Part shown: one piece after another, positions 23,901 through 39,600 of the stretch | Position numbering within the stretch: position 1 is the first letter of the stretch | Layout: every line of letters starts with the position of its first letter | Assembly: GCA_036172245.1 (NCBI GenBank) | Contig: JAYWIR010000007.1 | Coordinates: 4,898,001-4,962,000 of the forward strand | Direction of reading: 5' to 3' | DNA: 64,000 nucleotides | Source: Raillietiella orientalis | Taxonomy: Eukaryota | Position numbers and translations under genes: made by a program | The notes under the pieces: generated by a model | The model's database searches: none | Seen by the model: the letters and a program-made list of their open reading frames with translations, nothing else | Told to the model about the DNA's origin: nothing

Positions 23901-26900
23901 GGTGGTTATGGCAATCAGCAAGCCACTACTGCTGCAACATGGATAGTAGTTTTACTATTTTCTCTTCAAAGGATGACTGCAAAGCATCTTTGATGAAAAA
24001 ATGCACTGTGCACCACTACATCTGGACATTCATATGTAGTGATTGATGAGTTTCTGATGTACACTAAAGTAATTACAATTATTTTTGTCTAAAGCTGTGT
24101 GTATTATTCTCATTCATTTAAAGCACAGTCAGGAGTTAGAATCAGATAACAACAGATCAATAAGTGTGACTTCAAAGCCAAATTGTACAAACACCTGAAT
24201 TCGCAATCTAGCTGATCCAGTGATTACTGTTGTATTTCGTAATTGTTACACTTAATACGTATCATTCTATACAGTAGCAAACATGTTTTCAAGTCATATT
24301 TCTACAGCAAGAAAATTAAGGCACAATTAAAAAGCACTGTTTTATAAAAATTTTTCTGAAGAATCCACAAAAATGCAAAACGTAACTCCTGTTTTCCCTT
24401 AACGTTTTTACTCAGCCATATTTGTATACAAATGAATTCTCAGTTGGATGTAGAACAAGAAAATATCTAAATTAATAGACTTAATAAAGTAATGAAAAAA
24501 CCAATGTAACAATTCTTTCTTTATGATTTACTAAAACTTAAGAACGTATGAACTATTTGCTAAAATTTCTAAATGTCACTTAGACAATTAGCACTGACAA
24601 AACGCATTTAATTAATACCTTTAATTCACAAGTGTCATCAGACACAAGCACAGCATTACTGTTATATTCATTTTGCAAACTGTCATCTTTCACTGATGCT
24701 TCACTTTTGAAATATGATTTTTATTCTTGTACTTTATTAACAGTGCTAACATAATCTGACTTCATTGCAATGCTCTGGTGAATCCCTTTAGAATTGTACT
24801 TTCAGTGTATTTAGTAAAAAAGACAATGTATACCATGAGAATTATTTTATTGGTTATTTTCTCCCAATAGTTTTCTGGCATTCAGAAAGAGAAATGGAAG
24901 GTGTAAAATTCATTTAAGCATGCATGCATTATTGTCTAATTTTATTATGAAAGTGCTAAATGAAAAAATAATTATGCAACTTACAGCAAAACCAAATGTA
25001 TACATTAATATACTTTGCGAAAGAAACTTTCAAATTTGTAATCATGGTAAATATCTATATGATTATAATACCATTAGTTGTTAAAACATGATAGTAAAGC
25101 AGTGTAAACATGAACTGCGGCCACTTTCATTTTGCATTTATTATCGTTATTAGAAATGACAAATAAGACTCTAAATCTGCAAAACAAAGATTCAATATGA
25201 AACACGTCAATAGCTGACTGGAATGGAAAATTTATGAAGACCTCAAAATTAATTCCGGCTGTGAATCAAAAAGTTATTTGTGCTATACATTAGTGCTGAC
25301 CAAACAGCTTTGTGATTGAAACATAAAGATTTGAAATAGCCCTTTTTATCATAAAAAATTATCAGTTTTTTATCCATATAATAGCCTATTCTATGAAAGC
25401 AACTACTACAGCCATGGGACAATACAGCCTGCTAATTTTGATTCAATGCAACTATCAGACTGCAAAACTGTAATATGCACTGATTCAAGATACTGCTGGG
25501 TTTTTCAGAATATCAGTATCTTATTTGAAATAAAAAAAAATTCTATTAAAACATCACATGGAACATGTAAGATTGTAAATGTTTCCAAGATAAATACATG
25601 CATTTGTCATAAATATAAGTGGGTAATGCTATCTTAGAATATCAGTCATACTCACACAATTAAACATTTTCCACTAAATTATGCTTATGGATTCATTAAG
25701 ATGAGCAAATTTTTAAAAATATTTCACACAGATTTGGATTGTAAAATAAAAACATGAAAATTATGCACAGTCAACTGTTGACAAATGGTCAGAGTAACTT
25801 AGGATAATACTAAATGACTTCACTTAGCATTATCATTATGATTCTAACCAAACAACTAAATTCTGACTGTACTAGTGGGTCATGAATTATTCTATTTTGA
25901 TACAGAGATACTCCACCCCCAACATTTCAATCATACATATTGTCGTGGAAATTGCAGTAATTTTTCCTAATGAAATTCTAATGCACAAATTACGCCCATA
26001 TAAGCAAAAAACCTTTCTATGCTCCTGTTCTGCATCTAAGTGAACTTTCAAAACAGAATGGCTATCATCTGTGTTCTCCACATTTTTCATAATTACTTCA
26101 TACTGCTGAGATATTTTCAAAATATTTTCTAAACCACATGCAACATCCCTTAAAAAAAAAACACATTAATAAAGCAGCTTATGTTAATGCAAACTCATAC
26201 TGAAGAAGTTTTTCATGATCACTAAAAATTGGCTGAAATTCTGTTGCATTAGAAGCAGTTTTGACAGAGTCTAATGTTTCTCCACCAGCTTTATGACGGC
26301 TGACTAAAGCAACATTACTTTCAAAGCTTTGTTGATTTTTATTTAAATTCTGTAGGACCAGTTCTACAAATAATAGATCAAATTACTTTTTTCCAGCAAG
26401 TGAAAAATCAAGTAGTTTTACTATATTTCACTTTCAAATCTCAAAAAAAATAAAAATTTCAATTACTACCAACCAGCAGCATTGAAAGTAACTGTCAATG
26501 GAGATAAGTTTTTTGTCTCATCGGTAGCAACTGCATCACGATCTTCAGTTTCATTGTGTAAAAAATTACTTTCCTTTGAAATCTCATTATTAGCAATAAG
26601 GTTATGTGTATTAAAGAATCCAGAATCGAAGGTTGATGTGTTTTCATGTCTATCATCATCAACAGGTGGATTTGCAGGAAATGTTTGCAGACATGTGCTT
26701 TGCACATTATCAGAATTTGGGACCACAACAGCACAGTCTGGTTGTGAATCTAATAGGAGAATACTTGTTTGCAATATTCTCGATAGACAGTCATAATAAT
26801 ATATCGGGAAATTGGGAAGAAAAAAAAAAAAAGGTGCTGCCATTAACACTGCAGACATAAAAAACACAAACGAGCAAACTAATTAAATGAAGCTTTATTA

Positions 26901-27618
26901 ACAGAACCTTGAAAAGTTCGGGAAATTAAAGCTCTATGTCCATAATGCAATAACAATAACAAAAAAAAAAAAATACACATACAAACTACTGGGACAGGGA
27001 AACCCTGATATATCAACTGAAACAACCCAGAGTTCCAAGCAGATTTACTGAACTTCAAAAACGATAATAAGGAGCAAGGAAATTTAAATTTACTGTTAAT
27101 TATTAAAGCCGAATAACTTAATTTTTGAACAGTAATAATTTTTAGCAGTTATAGTACTACCCACCAATCTCAATCATAATATTACTTTCTAATACTTTGA
27201 GAGCTTTCTCCAAATGTTCATTCATCACAGCTATGTTATTGACCTTGTTTGGAATCGCTTTCCTTGGTGAAGTTGATGCTGAATAACTTTTCAATACATC
27301 CAGTGCTTTGGTTAAAGCTACTGTTGCATCATCTCGAGTACACTCATTATTGTTAACTTTATAATAACTACAGCCTTGATCGTTACTTTCATCAAAGCTC
27401 AAAGCTCTAACAACATTTGTTTGTTTTGAAGTTAAACACTGCTTCATGGGTTTAAAATTAATATTTCTTGAAGAGTGCAAAGTAATTCTTGGATTTGGGC
27501 TGTTCGGGAATGAACAAGAAAGCATTTCCTTATCGTTTCCTGCTTCCATTCCATTCACAATGTGCTCATCGAATTCCTCATTCAGTAGTTCACTATCAGT
27601 ATAATTCATTGTGATCAT
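17941..27618 (-). CDS. Long coiled-coil protein, centrobin-like, about 11 exons
   Basis: Phase-compatible exons 27618-27165, 26749-26474, 26363-26201, 26148-26013, 22468-22235, 21354-21133, 21094-20924, 20828-20578, 19101-18855, 18801-18280, 18231-~17941. Disordered N- and C-termini around a central coiled coil. LDAEQEHRKKHEEHLKKLENQIMALEEQNAKLSIAIRKGETLI...W resembles the start of the centrobin coiled coil. Gene presence is secure; identity and 3' end are less so. Confidence 0.65.
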
Positions 27619-30600
27619 AAAACATGTTCACCGATGTCAAAGGCTTTAAAATTTGGTTAGATGTAATAGAATTATGTCTATTAATATTACATTAGAATAT
27701 TCTGTGTTGTGAAACCAAAAATCCTGAAACTAGATTCAAGGATTTGTATAAGAAACCACATACCATACAAACATACAACGAACGCTTGCACGAACAATCT
27801 GTCAAACATAATGAACCATGCATAACATTCGATTAGAAACACTTCGGAAAACGAATTCTCCAGAAATACCAACTCAAACAAATATTCTTCTTTCATCAAA
27901 GGCAACCGACCTCTCTCACAAAGCATCACCGCAATTCGCATAATACATTTCCACTGTCTCTCAGGTATTTCATTTGCTCATTCTTAAATTCCATCATTTT
28001 CTTAAGCACTATTTACTTGACTAGTGAAAGCAGAACACTGGAAAATCTACATATTTGCTAAACGAAATTTGTTACACTTTTTGCTATATAAAAAAGATTA
28101 TTCTTCTGAAACCGAACATGAAAAAAACTTTCATAGGAAAATACACTTATAGCAATAAATAATTACTGTAGCTATATTTTCAATGACTCAAAGGTGAAGA
28201 ATACTGAAGCAAATAATGGGAAAATATACTTCAAATAAAAAAAAATCTGAAAATCACTCGTAAGTTTTTCTTTTTTTTTTCATCGTTGAAAAGAGAGTTT
28301 TTATAGCAGAGTGAACAAGAAAATATTGAACTGCGATTTTTGATCCAGTGGTTTTTTTTTTCTTTAAGCATTTAATATTTAAATTAAAAAGGGCGTTTCT
28401 AAAACTTTTTAACTTTCATACTAAAGTATTATCTATTAGAATGGCAGGGTTTCTACTTAGAAACCTTCAGTCTTGGAAGTTTTATTCTCAAGAAATAAGT
28501 ACAAACGAACATGGAAAATTCTAGCTAAATGCATGTATATAACTGGTCGCCTTGCCACTGGGGCTAGTATGTAAACAAGGTCCTACATGTATAATGTTCT
28601 GAAATGAACTGAATGTTTGTCACATTGGCATATTTTCTGATCCGTTGGATGATAACTTTAGTGAAATAACTCTATCAGATCTTAAATTTAGAGGGACTAG
28701 AAATAAATGCCGTAAAAGATGGACAAAATTAAAAGGATTCACTAAGACACCATGTCCAATAATCATTCATGGTATGATTGGAACAGATGAACTAAATTAG
28801 AGCGTCAGCAAGCTTCATAACATTCGCTGCAAGTTGAATTCATAAGAAAGATGAGTTTAAGTTCTGAATCTTACAATAATATTATCCAGCGATCTCTACC
28901 ATAATATGATTTTCCAAATGTTTATTTCCTACATTATCTTATGGACCTTATTTGGAGTCTTTTTCCTTGGTCAATTTAATTTCGAATAGCACATGGAGTT
29001 TGTTTCTGAACTTAAACCACAAAATCATCTTTTTGAGTGGCAAGCCATGAATAACATGGACCAAGCACTCCAAATCATTGATGAGGAGGATAGTCCCTCT
29101 CTTTATTCTTATGTACCTTCAAACTTTCAATAGAAATAGGCTCATGTGTACTCTGGATATTTCGTTTTGAAGTAAGCGCATACATTGCTCTATTATTTTA
29201 TTAGGAAAGCATTCATATAGAAGAGTTGCAGAAGATGTGAGAAAAAGGGAAAATTGTTTGTTTTGAATCAATGTAGCTCCTTACATGAGTTTCTAGGAAA
29301 TGGAAGAGAAAACATGAAAAATTTTCCACACTGCTCAAATGCTTCTGAACGTACAATGTGTGGTGCGAAAGGAATCAAGTCTAGTAAACATGTCAGATAG
29401 CACATATGAAAGAATTTTGTGGTTACATATGTGGTCAAGGCCACATGCTACAAAGGATTCTAAAAACGGAAATATCATACCGGTAGGTGCATGCTACACC
29501 ATGGGGCTCGTGAAAGAGTTGGACCGTAACTCCGATGCATTTTGGATTACTGCAAACAGTGATTCCATAAATTCACAGATTATTGTTATTCATTTGATTA
29601 TTGCACTTTGATCTTGTCTTCGAAACCAAAGCAAGGGTTGAACAAATTTCCATTAACACACTAATTGTAAAGTGGTCGTATGATTCAATAGTATATGAAG
29701 AACTAGAATCAACGTCGCTATGCTCCAATGTATATATTATGGTTCATTAAAGATGGATACAAAACGCTCATTAATTAACTTGTGCACAAATGTTTTAATT
29801 TCAGAACACATGTGGTAGACAAAGTGCATTAGTTAGAATGTAATTCCATATACATCTTGACTGAAAAAGAGATTGTGTCGATATCTCAGGCTTTCTCTCT
29901 TTCTTTTGCATTGAAAGACGTGTCTTATAATGTAGTCGTCTTAGAAAACACTTTCATCCCAAACGTAGAATGGGAACAAAACAGACAGAGGACCTGCAAA
30001 CTACTTATTCTAGTTTTTTAAACTATAAACTGGATTGAATTAATTTGCAAAAAATAAAGAGAACAGATTGTTATTTTCATAATGATGATTTCCTCGTTTT
30101 TCGTAAGAACAAAAATTGTTCCGCTAAAATGGAAAAAGAAAAGGAAATACTCCAAAAATATTAAATAAAAATATCAGTTATATAATCACACACCGAGTTC
30201 ATGCAACAATAAAGAGCTGCTCTCAACTTTACGTACATAAATAACCAAAATAGGGCATGTGTATTCTGAGCTTAGATAGAAAGATTTTATTTTTGAAAAT
30301 ACTGAATCATGATTTTGTTGTAACTTTGTAATTACAATTTCAGTGTAAATGATTTTAATCACTTTCATCCAATATTTGCAGATTAATTCTGAAACAGGTT
30401 ACTTCGAATTTGCAGTCTAAGTACTAATTATTGCCTTTTAATATTGTAAATTGAATGCTCGTTAGATATCCTGACTCCAGGATTACGTTCAGTTATCAAC
30501 AGGAAAATCTTGTTTTCAATGGAACATCGTGCGCACATGAGGTATTGGAAGCTAGGAGCGTAGCGGGCTACTGTAATGTCTTACTGAAATATGAACAATT

Positions 30601-30696
30601 TAGGATGTTGACTGGTGATCCTTGGCTACCTGAGCATTTGAGAATGTAAATTGTCAGTGAATTAAAGTGTCATGCTGGAATGATTTTTAAGTAACC

Positions 30697-33600
30697 ATGC
30701 CTAAGCACGAATTTGGAACTCCAAAGGACATTGCAAGACGCATGAAAGCAAAAGGCTTGCAGAAACTAAGATGGTATTGTCAGATGTGTCAGAAACAGTG
30801 TAGAGATGAAAATGGATTTAAGTGCCATACAATGTCCGAGTCTCATCAGAGACAATTACTTTTATTCGCCGATAATCCAGGAAAATATTTAGGAGACTTT
30901 TCTAGAGAGTTTGAGAAAGGTTTCCTGGATTTAGTTCGAAGACGATTTGGTACTAAGAGAGTGCATGCCAATCAGGTGTATCAGGAGTATATTTCTGATA
31001 GAGATCATCTTCATATGAATGCAACTTCTTGGGTTACTTTGACAGGATTTGTGAAATATCTTGGTAGAACAGGAAAATGTCATGTTGATCAGACAGAGAA
31101 AGGATGGTATATAAGATACATAGAAAGGTATATTTAAGGTTTTTATGTATGCCAGTAGAAAGGGTGTTGTGTGTACCAGCGGTACAGATTTTTTATAAGT
31201 TGCATTTAAACAGATCTCAAAAATTATGGGATTTCAAAGGAAAAATGGTGCTAATGATTTGGGGATTTTTTATGTCTTTATTTGCTCTGCTGTTACCTAA
31301 GTTTTGTTAACTGTTCACTTATTCATTTGTGAGTGACCTATTTGTAATGAATTATGCTGTTGTTTACATGAAAAAAATGTACTAATAATTATTTCCGTAT
31401 TATGCTTGCACCCGTAATCCAAACTTGGAATGGTACTGATTTTTAGAGACCCTGATACAATTGCGCGCCAAGAGAGACTAGCCAGGAAAGAAAAAATGGA
31501 AAAATGTGATGAGGAGCGTCTTCATGAGTTTATAGAAAAGCAGGTAACGATTAGCAGATCTAAGATTCAGTGTATAAGCAAGAGCAACAATTTGTATTTG
31601 TAATTTCATTAAAATTTAATTTCAATTTTAAAGTATTCAAGCAAGTTTCTTAATTTAAATAACTGTTGGCCTACTTTCCACCCATCAATTCAATCAGAGG
31701 AAACGTCTAAAATTGAGCTAGTTGTAAAAATGTATTCTGCGATGATGCTAAAAAGTAATCAGAACTTAGCATCCATTGCATTGGTATTCCAAGTATCCTC
31801 ATTTTTTAAAAGAACTTCTGGACATATAACATTCATATATTTGCAAAAATGCTATATAGTTTTGTCTTCCATGTTAGATACTGCATTTCTATAACCTAGA
31901 GTTAGAAAATATCACAAAGTATTACAATTAAATAATACCTTTTACATTGCCAATAAATGTTTTCTTTGATTGTAGTTATAAAGTTATATTGAGAAATAAA
32001 TTCTGAAATCACTTTTTTCCCCTGCATTACAAATATTAGCATTCAAAAACATATATTTGCAATGCTGGCGTATTTTAAGTAATAGATGACGTAATTAAGC
32101 ACATTTATCCTAAGCACAATTCTTAGTGCATTGTTTTGTAATTGAGTGCCAATTAAAATTAAAATTCTGTTCTTGACATGTGTAGAAACATGTTTTACAG
32201 TATGATAGATTTAAAGGAATTCACACAAATGCAATTCTTGTTAGGACCATGAAGGATCTTGTTTTCTTCCATGGTGTGTAGTCATTGATGGAAGAAGGTG
32301 TTTCTTGTATTGAATGGAAATTTGCTTTGCATTTCTGTGTATTCATAATTCACATTGCATGTTTAAATTTCAATTGTTTTTATTGGTTTTGCGTGTATTC
32401 ATTTTCTGTGTGACAGTCTGCTATGTGGAAGAAGAACTGTTTATACAATGCAGAACTGTTTTTCCAATTAGAGAATATCTAAAGATATTCTCTAATTGTA
32501 AAAGTTGAAATCATTAACTAGGAAAAGTGAAATTTTGTTCATTATTTTACTCAAACATAGGTAGCAAGTGCAACCAACAGTTTTTCTTTTGTATTTTTCC
32601 TCTTTCTGTGGTACATTCTAAAATGTGATTTCCATGACTTGTATGTTTTTTATTCATTGTTTTGCAGCCTGTTGCCAGTCTTTGATTGCAAGATGTGTAT
32701 TTTTCTGTGTTACTGTCTTAGAATTACATGTTTTCTGATTACATGGTGCATGTGTAAGGTGCTACAGGTGTGGTGCATGTGATGCATTGCTAAAAGATTT
32801 TCTATATACGAGAATTACTGACGAATTAAAGGATTTCTGAAATGCTTGCAAGTCTGTTTGGGGATTTGTGGGCATTTGGGAATGTTATCAGAATAAACTT
32901 TAATCAGAGTAAAAGAGTAAGAGTTTCAAGTGCATTGATATATTCAATGTAATGGTCGTCTGACTACCTGAAGTAAATAAATCTAGAAAAGAAAAACATT
33001 TCATGTATTTTAAATATACCTAAACTATTTTGTGATACTGTAAAATGTAGGGTGGTATGTTTTCCTTGCTGTTGGCCATTTGAGTTTTCAGAATGTATAA
33101 AATCTTAGAGCTTTTGATCTTCTGGAGTCACAAGAATTTAAGGTTTGTATTTGCTGAATAAGTTTTCAAGTTTCTTCACATTAGTTGACAATTTACTTGT
33201 TAATGAACAGACATAAGTGACAGAACATGACAATTAATTTGCATCATAATTGACTTTTAAAACAAAATAGATTGTGTTGCATTGTTGTCCAAAATTGAAA
33301 TTTCAAAAAATTTATTGAATAAATCTATTAGATTCTCATGATGAATTACCTGACCTGTAATAAAAATAATATTTTGAATGAGGTGATAGTGATGAAGTAA
33401 ATTTAAATATCAATTGCAATTTATTGTTAATGTAGTATTTTTTATTGTTAATGCAGTGTTCTTTATATGTTGGATTTTTAGATTCTACTATAAATCCAAA
33501 AGCAGCAAAATAAAATGTGAGCTAATTTTTGTGAGCATCTTTTCTTTCACCATACTAGAGTGTTAAAATCTTTAAAATAGCTAATGGCTCATCTTATGTT

Positions 33601-36600
33601 TTTTAATTCTCATGGGAGTATTTCTTTTATAATTAATTTTTGTCATTTACAACTTCATAACAGATTTTATTGTCTTTAGTTTGTGTGTAGGGGAATATAA
33701 AAACGGTATTATGGTAGAAAATTAAACTGTTTGGATATAGAATTTCCGGATATTGATCTGAATGCTAATGCATCATTTAAATGCTTTTTGATTCAACATT
33801 TTTCATATTGTGTGCATAAATTTATGTATCATGACATATGTACTGTTTTTAAGCTGCTATTTAAATGTATGATTATCTGAATTTCAGTTCTAATTTTGTA
33901 GGTGGAAAAAGCTAAGCTTCAATGCAAAGAAGAAAAAGAGTCAGAATACACTGAACTTAAACGAGAATCAAATGATGAAATTATTAAACTTGATCTTAAA
34001 TTGCCAAACTTATGCAAAAAAGAAAAGTCCTTGGTAGATGTGGATGTTTCTGTTAATGTGAATCCCTGTTTACCAAAGGATGAAGTAACTGAGACAAGAT
34101 CAGAAAGGAAAAAAAATCATGATGACAGAAAAAGAAAGTCTTCAGCTCTTGATGATATCATGAAATATCAAGAAATAGCTAAAGAAAAACAGAATAGAAA
34201 AGATCATTGGTTAGTTAAAGTGAGTTGTATTTTTTTTTAGTTGTGTGTTTCTTTTATGTTGTATTTACTATGAATTTAGCTGACATTGTTCTGTAGAGAT
34301 ATGATGTGTTATCACAATTTAATGTTCTCTCAATTCTAAAAGACTGTATTATTACATTTTAAAATCATATCTGAATGAAGATAAGATGCTGTGTATTTTT
34401 GGATAAGACTTTTCGTGGATTTCTGTTCTGCAAGCTTGGAATGTTAACAATTATGTCACAAAATGCAATATTTGATTATTCGATTGGTTCAGATTCACTT
34501 GAAAAGTTTTTGCAAACCTCAAAGCGTTTTTGAGGCATTAAAATGGAATATTTTTTTGTAATTGCGTGTTTTTTTGTATGGAAAGTGTCATCATATCCTA
34601 AGATGCCTATTTCCGTGTTTTCCTTTCCAAGTAATAACATATTCATGTATTTTTTAATCCCTTTTTCATTTTTGAATAAAATTTTTAAAATTCATGTTTT
34701 TTTTATACTCACTATTGCTTAGTTACGTAACTTTGAATGGATTTCGAAATGATTAAAGAAATTTCATTTCTTTTCTTTCGTTTTTGTTTTTTTGGTTATC
34801 ATGTTTGTAGTTCACTTAAATTATTTTCTGTGAGCATAATTCTTCTTTTCATATTGTGTAGTCTTTTCAATGCGCTGATAATTTTCTTCTTTGTTCAAAG
34901 TTTCCATGTTGAGATACTTTAGTAATTAGAATTCAGAGATTCAAGAGGGAAGCTTGCAAGAATTGTTCAATAAGTTCACTGTTTGGTTACTCCAAAACGA
35001 AGTTTACAATAATTTTGGTAACAGTCCAATGTTTTGTTTGGATTTATAGTCATAGGAATATTGTCAAGTGGATGAGCCATAGCTGCTTGTGACTTGGTCA
35101 CCTTCAGTTAGAAATGGTTTCTCTCTCTTTGGCACATGTCCCCAGACAAAATTCTTGTTGTGATCTTTGGAGTGCTCCAACTTGTTTCTTCTGCAGAAAC
35201 TCATTTCCAGCTGGTTCAAGATTGGGAGAAGAATGTTTTCAGTGAAGAAAATGTATTAAAGTGATGTGTGGGTGCAAATAGGGGATAGGAGGCAGGGCAT
35301 GAGTAATGCAGCACAAAGTGGAAGTACAGCTGATGCAATTAATCAGATAAAAATGTTGCATAAATCTGGTCTTCAAGATACAAAAGTAAAATTTGCGAGT
35401 TTCAAGAAACGTGATTTCTGTTATTTGGAATTCCATCCACTGTTGCTCATGACAAGGTTAGATGAATACATTTCATCATGATGGGTTTTAATGAATAACT
35501 ATGATACCTAGAAAGTGAGTTACAGCTCTTTAGCAGCCAAAGATTTGCCTTCTCTGAGCATTCTGAATATGATGAGCTCTAGTACGATGTTCACACCACA
35601 TGTTATGGATACAAATAGTCCTTTGAGTAATGGAAACATACGGAATTACAGTGAATCAAAAAGTCAGTTTCAACTGCAGATAATAAGATGGTCACAGTAA
35701 CTTTTGAAATCAACAACTGTCTTGAATATTGAATGTTTACGAATTTATACATACTTGCACATTGATGAATGCTCACACAATGCAATTCAGACATTCAACC
35801 AGTCCGAGTAATGCGTCTGAAAACTAGATACCCTGGTGGAATTTTTTTCTTGCATAAAGTTGGCTTCCTCGAATTTCCGGTTCTTAAGACGTCATTAAGA
35901 GATAAACAGTTTTGGAATGATTCAGACGTGAAAGCTGCTGTATGAAACTTGTATGAGGCACTAAGGACCTTCGATTTTGTTCATGATGAAACAAAGTACG
36001 TGTTCATACTTCATAGGAGTTGGAATCTCTTAGGGATTGTATAGAATATAGAAAAGAGGGGGTAAGTTGCTTAAAAAGTAGTCATTTAAACAATTGCTTG
36101 CCTGCCAATAAAAATCATTTTCTTAAAAACGTTTTGTGAACTTATTTAAGGAACAACTTGTGTTGTACATTGACCGCATATGTAAATCAGTAACACCAGT
36201 GTGTACCTGTATATTTCCATTTTATTCAAATATAATGATAAAGCTCATTATGGTGCTTATTTATATCTTTGCATTGATTTTGCTGATCTTACTACCATAG
36301 GATTATTAGGATATTGCTATGTATCTTTTTCCATGTTTCTTTATAAAGGCAATTTTTTTTTTATTGTTGCTGCATTACATTGAAGCCACAGTTTTTTTCT
36401 ATCATCTCTGCAGATTATCGAATGCAGTACTCATTTTATTGAATGGACGTCTATCAATGTTTCCTTTCTTTCCTTCCCTAGTGTATGGTATATTATACTA
36501 AGTCCAATGGGGCATTTTAAGAGAGAGTCTGAAGTAATATTGAAGGATAGAATAGTGAATAATAGAAGAGAGTATTGAAGTGTTTAAATAACAAGAATGT

Positions 36601-39600
36601 GAATTATAATGTAACAAAACATAACTTTAGGTTGGCTGAGGAAATGTATTCCTTTACATTGGATTGTGGATTGCATTGCATGCTTGTTTGATTTCATAGT
36701 AAAGTTTCAAGTTCATTTTGAATTGCTGCATTAAAATTGAATTGTTCAAACAGTGCTGCCATAATTATTTAAATAGTATTGTTCAAAGTATAAATTTATC
36801 AATTTAAGAGTCATTTAGCTTTTAATATGAATTTTGTGATTGGTGGCAATTTTCATTGTAAAAGTGGATAGACACGATTCTTGCATTGTAAGGGGCTCAT
36901 TGTGATCCAAAACTGTGCTGGTCTGTTTTCCCAAAAGTTCATACCATTGTTTGGTAGTTTTCATATTGTTTATAGTAGGCATCCTTGCTACCTTATTCTT
37001 GTTGAATGGAAGCTATTAGGAAATCACATTTCTACACATATGTTGTGTAATTCCTTTCCTCCAAGGAAGAATAAGTAATATCTTTTCATCTCGATTGTTT
37101 TTGGTTTCTGTTATCAAAAGTCTTGCACAATTTTCTTATATTTTGTTCCAATTTGCAAATTGAATTTTTTGCATAATAATTTATTGTTGACTTTGTTTTG
37201 CTTTGAATATAAGAGTAGCTCTTTTTTAAATCAGCATGGACCTTGAACTGTGAAATGCGATTTGATTTCTCAGAACTCGTTGTGTCAGCCCAAATTCACT
37301 TTAATTGTGCTGCTCGTTTTTTTTATCTCATCGAATGTTTATCAATTTGAGTTGTTCATCCATCATTAATCTCCTGGCACCTAGGTGTAGTTCTTTCTTG
37401 TTAAATACATGGTTTCTTCATACTTAAGCTATTTATTATGCTTTTTTTTGTTTGATCTTCAAAGTTTTTAATCTAGGTTGGGAAAAGTTCCAACCAATTC
37501 TTCAGTGGAATACCATCTACTCCACTATCCTTGTATGTAATGCTGAGTAATGCTGTTGCTCTCAACTTGAGGTTATTGCAACATTAGCCCTTGCCACCTT
37601 TTTTTTTTGTGATACATCAGTTTTAAATAGTTAATGGTATTTTTGATCCTTTTTGATTATTTTACTCTCTTGAGTCTTTTTTCCCCCAAAATAGTTAAAA
37701 TAAAAACAAAAACAAGGAAATGCAAACCCCCAAAAATTGTTTAAGTCTTATTAATTGTCTAAGTGGTACTTATGACTTAATTATTTATTGTTTTCCATTT
37801 TAACTACCAGTTAAAATGTCCCTTTTCTTAGATTACTTGCTGCAGCATTGGATTAATTCTGTATTTTTAATTCGTTTTTATTTTTCTGGTGTTTCTGATA
37901 TTTAGTCGGATAATTTTTCCAACATTTACGTATTTAAATCATTAATGTATGTTTGTGGTATCCATAATTTCAAAAATTGATGCAGCAAAAGAATGAATAT
38001 AAAAAACAGGAGTGATGTTTCACAGCATGAGAAAATATCGAAGTATTATGTTTCGAAATTGACATTTCGATAGATAATGAAAAATCTTCATTTGAAATTT
38101 TTTTAAAATAATTACCATGCATGTGGGTATAACACACACACAAATATATACACTTGTTTTTAAAATTTGTGTTCTCGCAAGTTTTATTGCTGATGAAATT
38201 AATGTGCTCATGAAACGTTTATTCTAATGTTTGTCATAGTTTTAAGTACAGTAATTTTGTTTTTGTTTAGGATATAATTGTGAAAGTAGTAACAAAAACT
38301 TTGGGTGACAAATACTATAAGAAAAAAGGAATCGTCAAAGAAGTTGTAGATGATTATGCAGGAATTATAAAGATGCTCGATTGTGGACTTCTTCTAAAAT
38401 TAGATCAAGAACATGTGGAAACTGTTATTCCAGCTATAGGTATGTAAGTATTATTTAAATACATTAATTATGCAATTTTGCAGGGCGTCTAGTTTTTGTG
38501 GTAAATGGAGCTTACAGAGGATGTACAGCCATCTTAAAAGACATTAATGAAGAACAGTTTTCTGCTACCATTCAGATTGCTTCAGTTAGTATTTTATTTT
38601 TCATTTCTCAATATTTATTTCTTATTAATGAAGTATGAATTCTTAGCATATTTAGAAATGAAAACTTACTGCTAATCATGAATCAAGCTACTGAATGTTA
38701 GCATACCATCAGATAAAAAACTGTTTGTTTCATGTACTGTGGTTCAATAATTGGTTCATTGCTCAGATAGATGTATTATGTAACAAATTAAAGTATCATC
38801 GTTGATTGTTGCCATGTTAACTTGGTAAATTAAAAATATGTAATAAAGTAAAGCATTTAATTGAGAATCTGCATCAAACGATTTGTAATTGTTTACTTGT
38901 TTTGGTTTTAAGCTTGAACACTTCATATATGTTGATGTATTGTTTGTGTGGATCACCTACTTATTTGTCCTTTGTTTCAGTTTATAGTATGTCACTCTAT
39001 TACAATTTCATGAAAATTTTAGTGCATGTAAAACTAGCTGTCTTGAAAACTCGAGTTTTCTTTTTAGGGGGAGGAAAAAAAAAACTGATCTCAGTGTTCT
39101 TTAAAACATTTTAAAATAAGGTCAGTAAAATACTACGTAAATAGCTACATTAATTTTGCTGCAGTAGGATTACATTGAAATTCTCAAAACTGAAAAAACA
39201 ATATGTTAATCAGATTTCTTTATGCCAGTTTGTAATATTGCATTCAGTAAGTCGGTATTAAAAAATGTTACTGTTTTCTTTATTTTTGATGTTGATAATT
39301 TGCTTTGAAGCATATTCTTTTGTTGGTTCATAACATGCAGGGTAACTTATTTGCCTGTAACAAGAATGTGGACAATATTAGCCATAGTGGATATTTAGTT
39401 GTACAGTATATGTTCGCCAGTAAAATGAGATGCATTCATTACTTTTAAACTTGCTACATTTTAAATTTAAAAATATGAAAAAATTTTGTTTTCTTTCTAA
39501 CATAATCAAAACAACTGAAAAATGGTTTAGTATTAAAATATAATTCGAAAAGTGTTTCCCCTGAAAAGCAAAAATTGCTTGGCAGTCTTTGGGTTTTAAA

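Noticed and set aside
28500..29800. Coding-like decayed sequence between the centrobin-like gene and KIN17
   Set aside because: No motif, ends or consistent frame identifiable.
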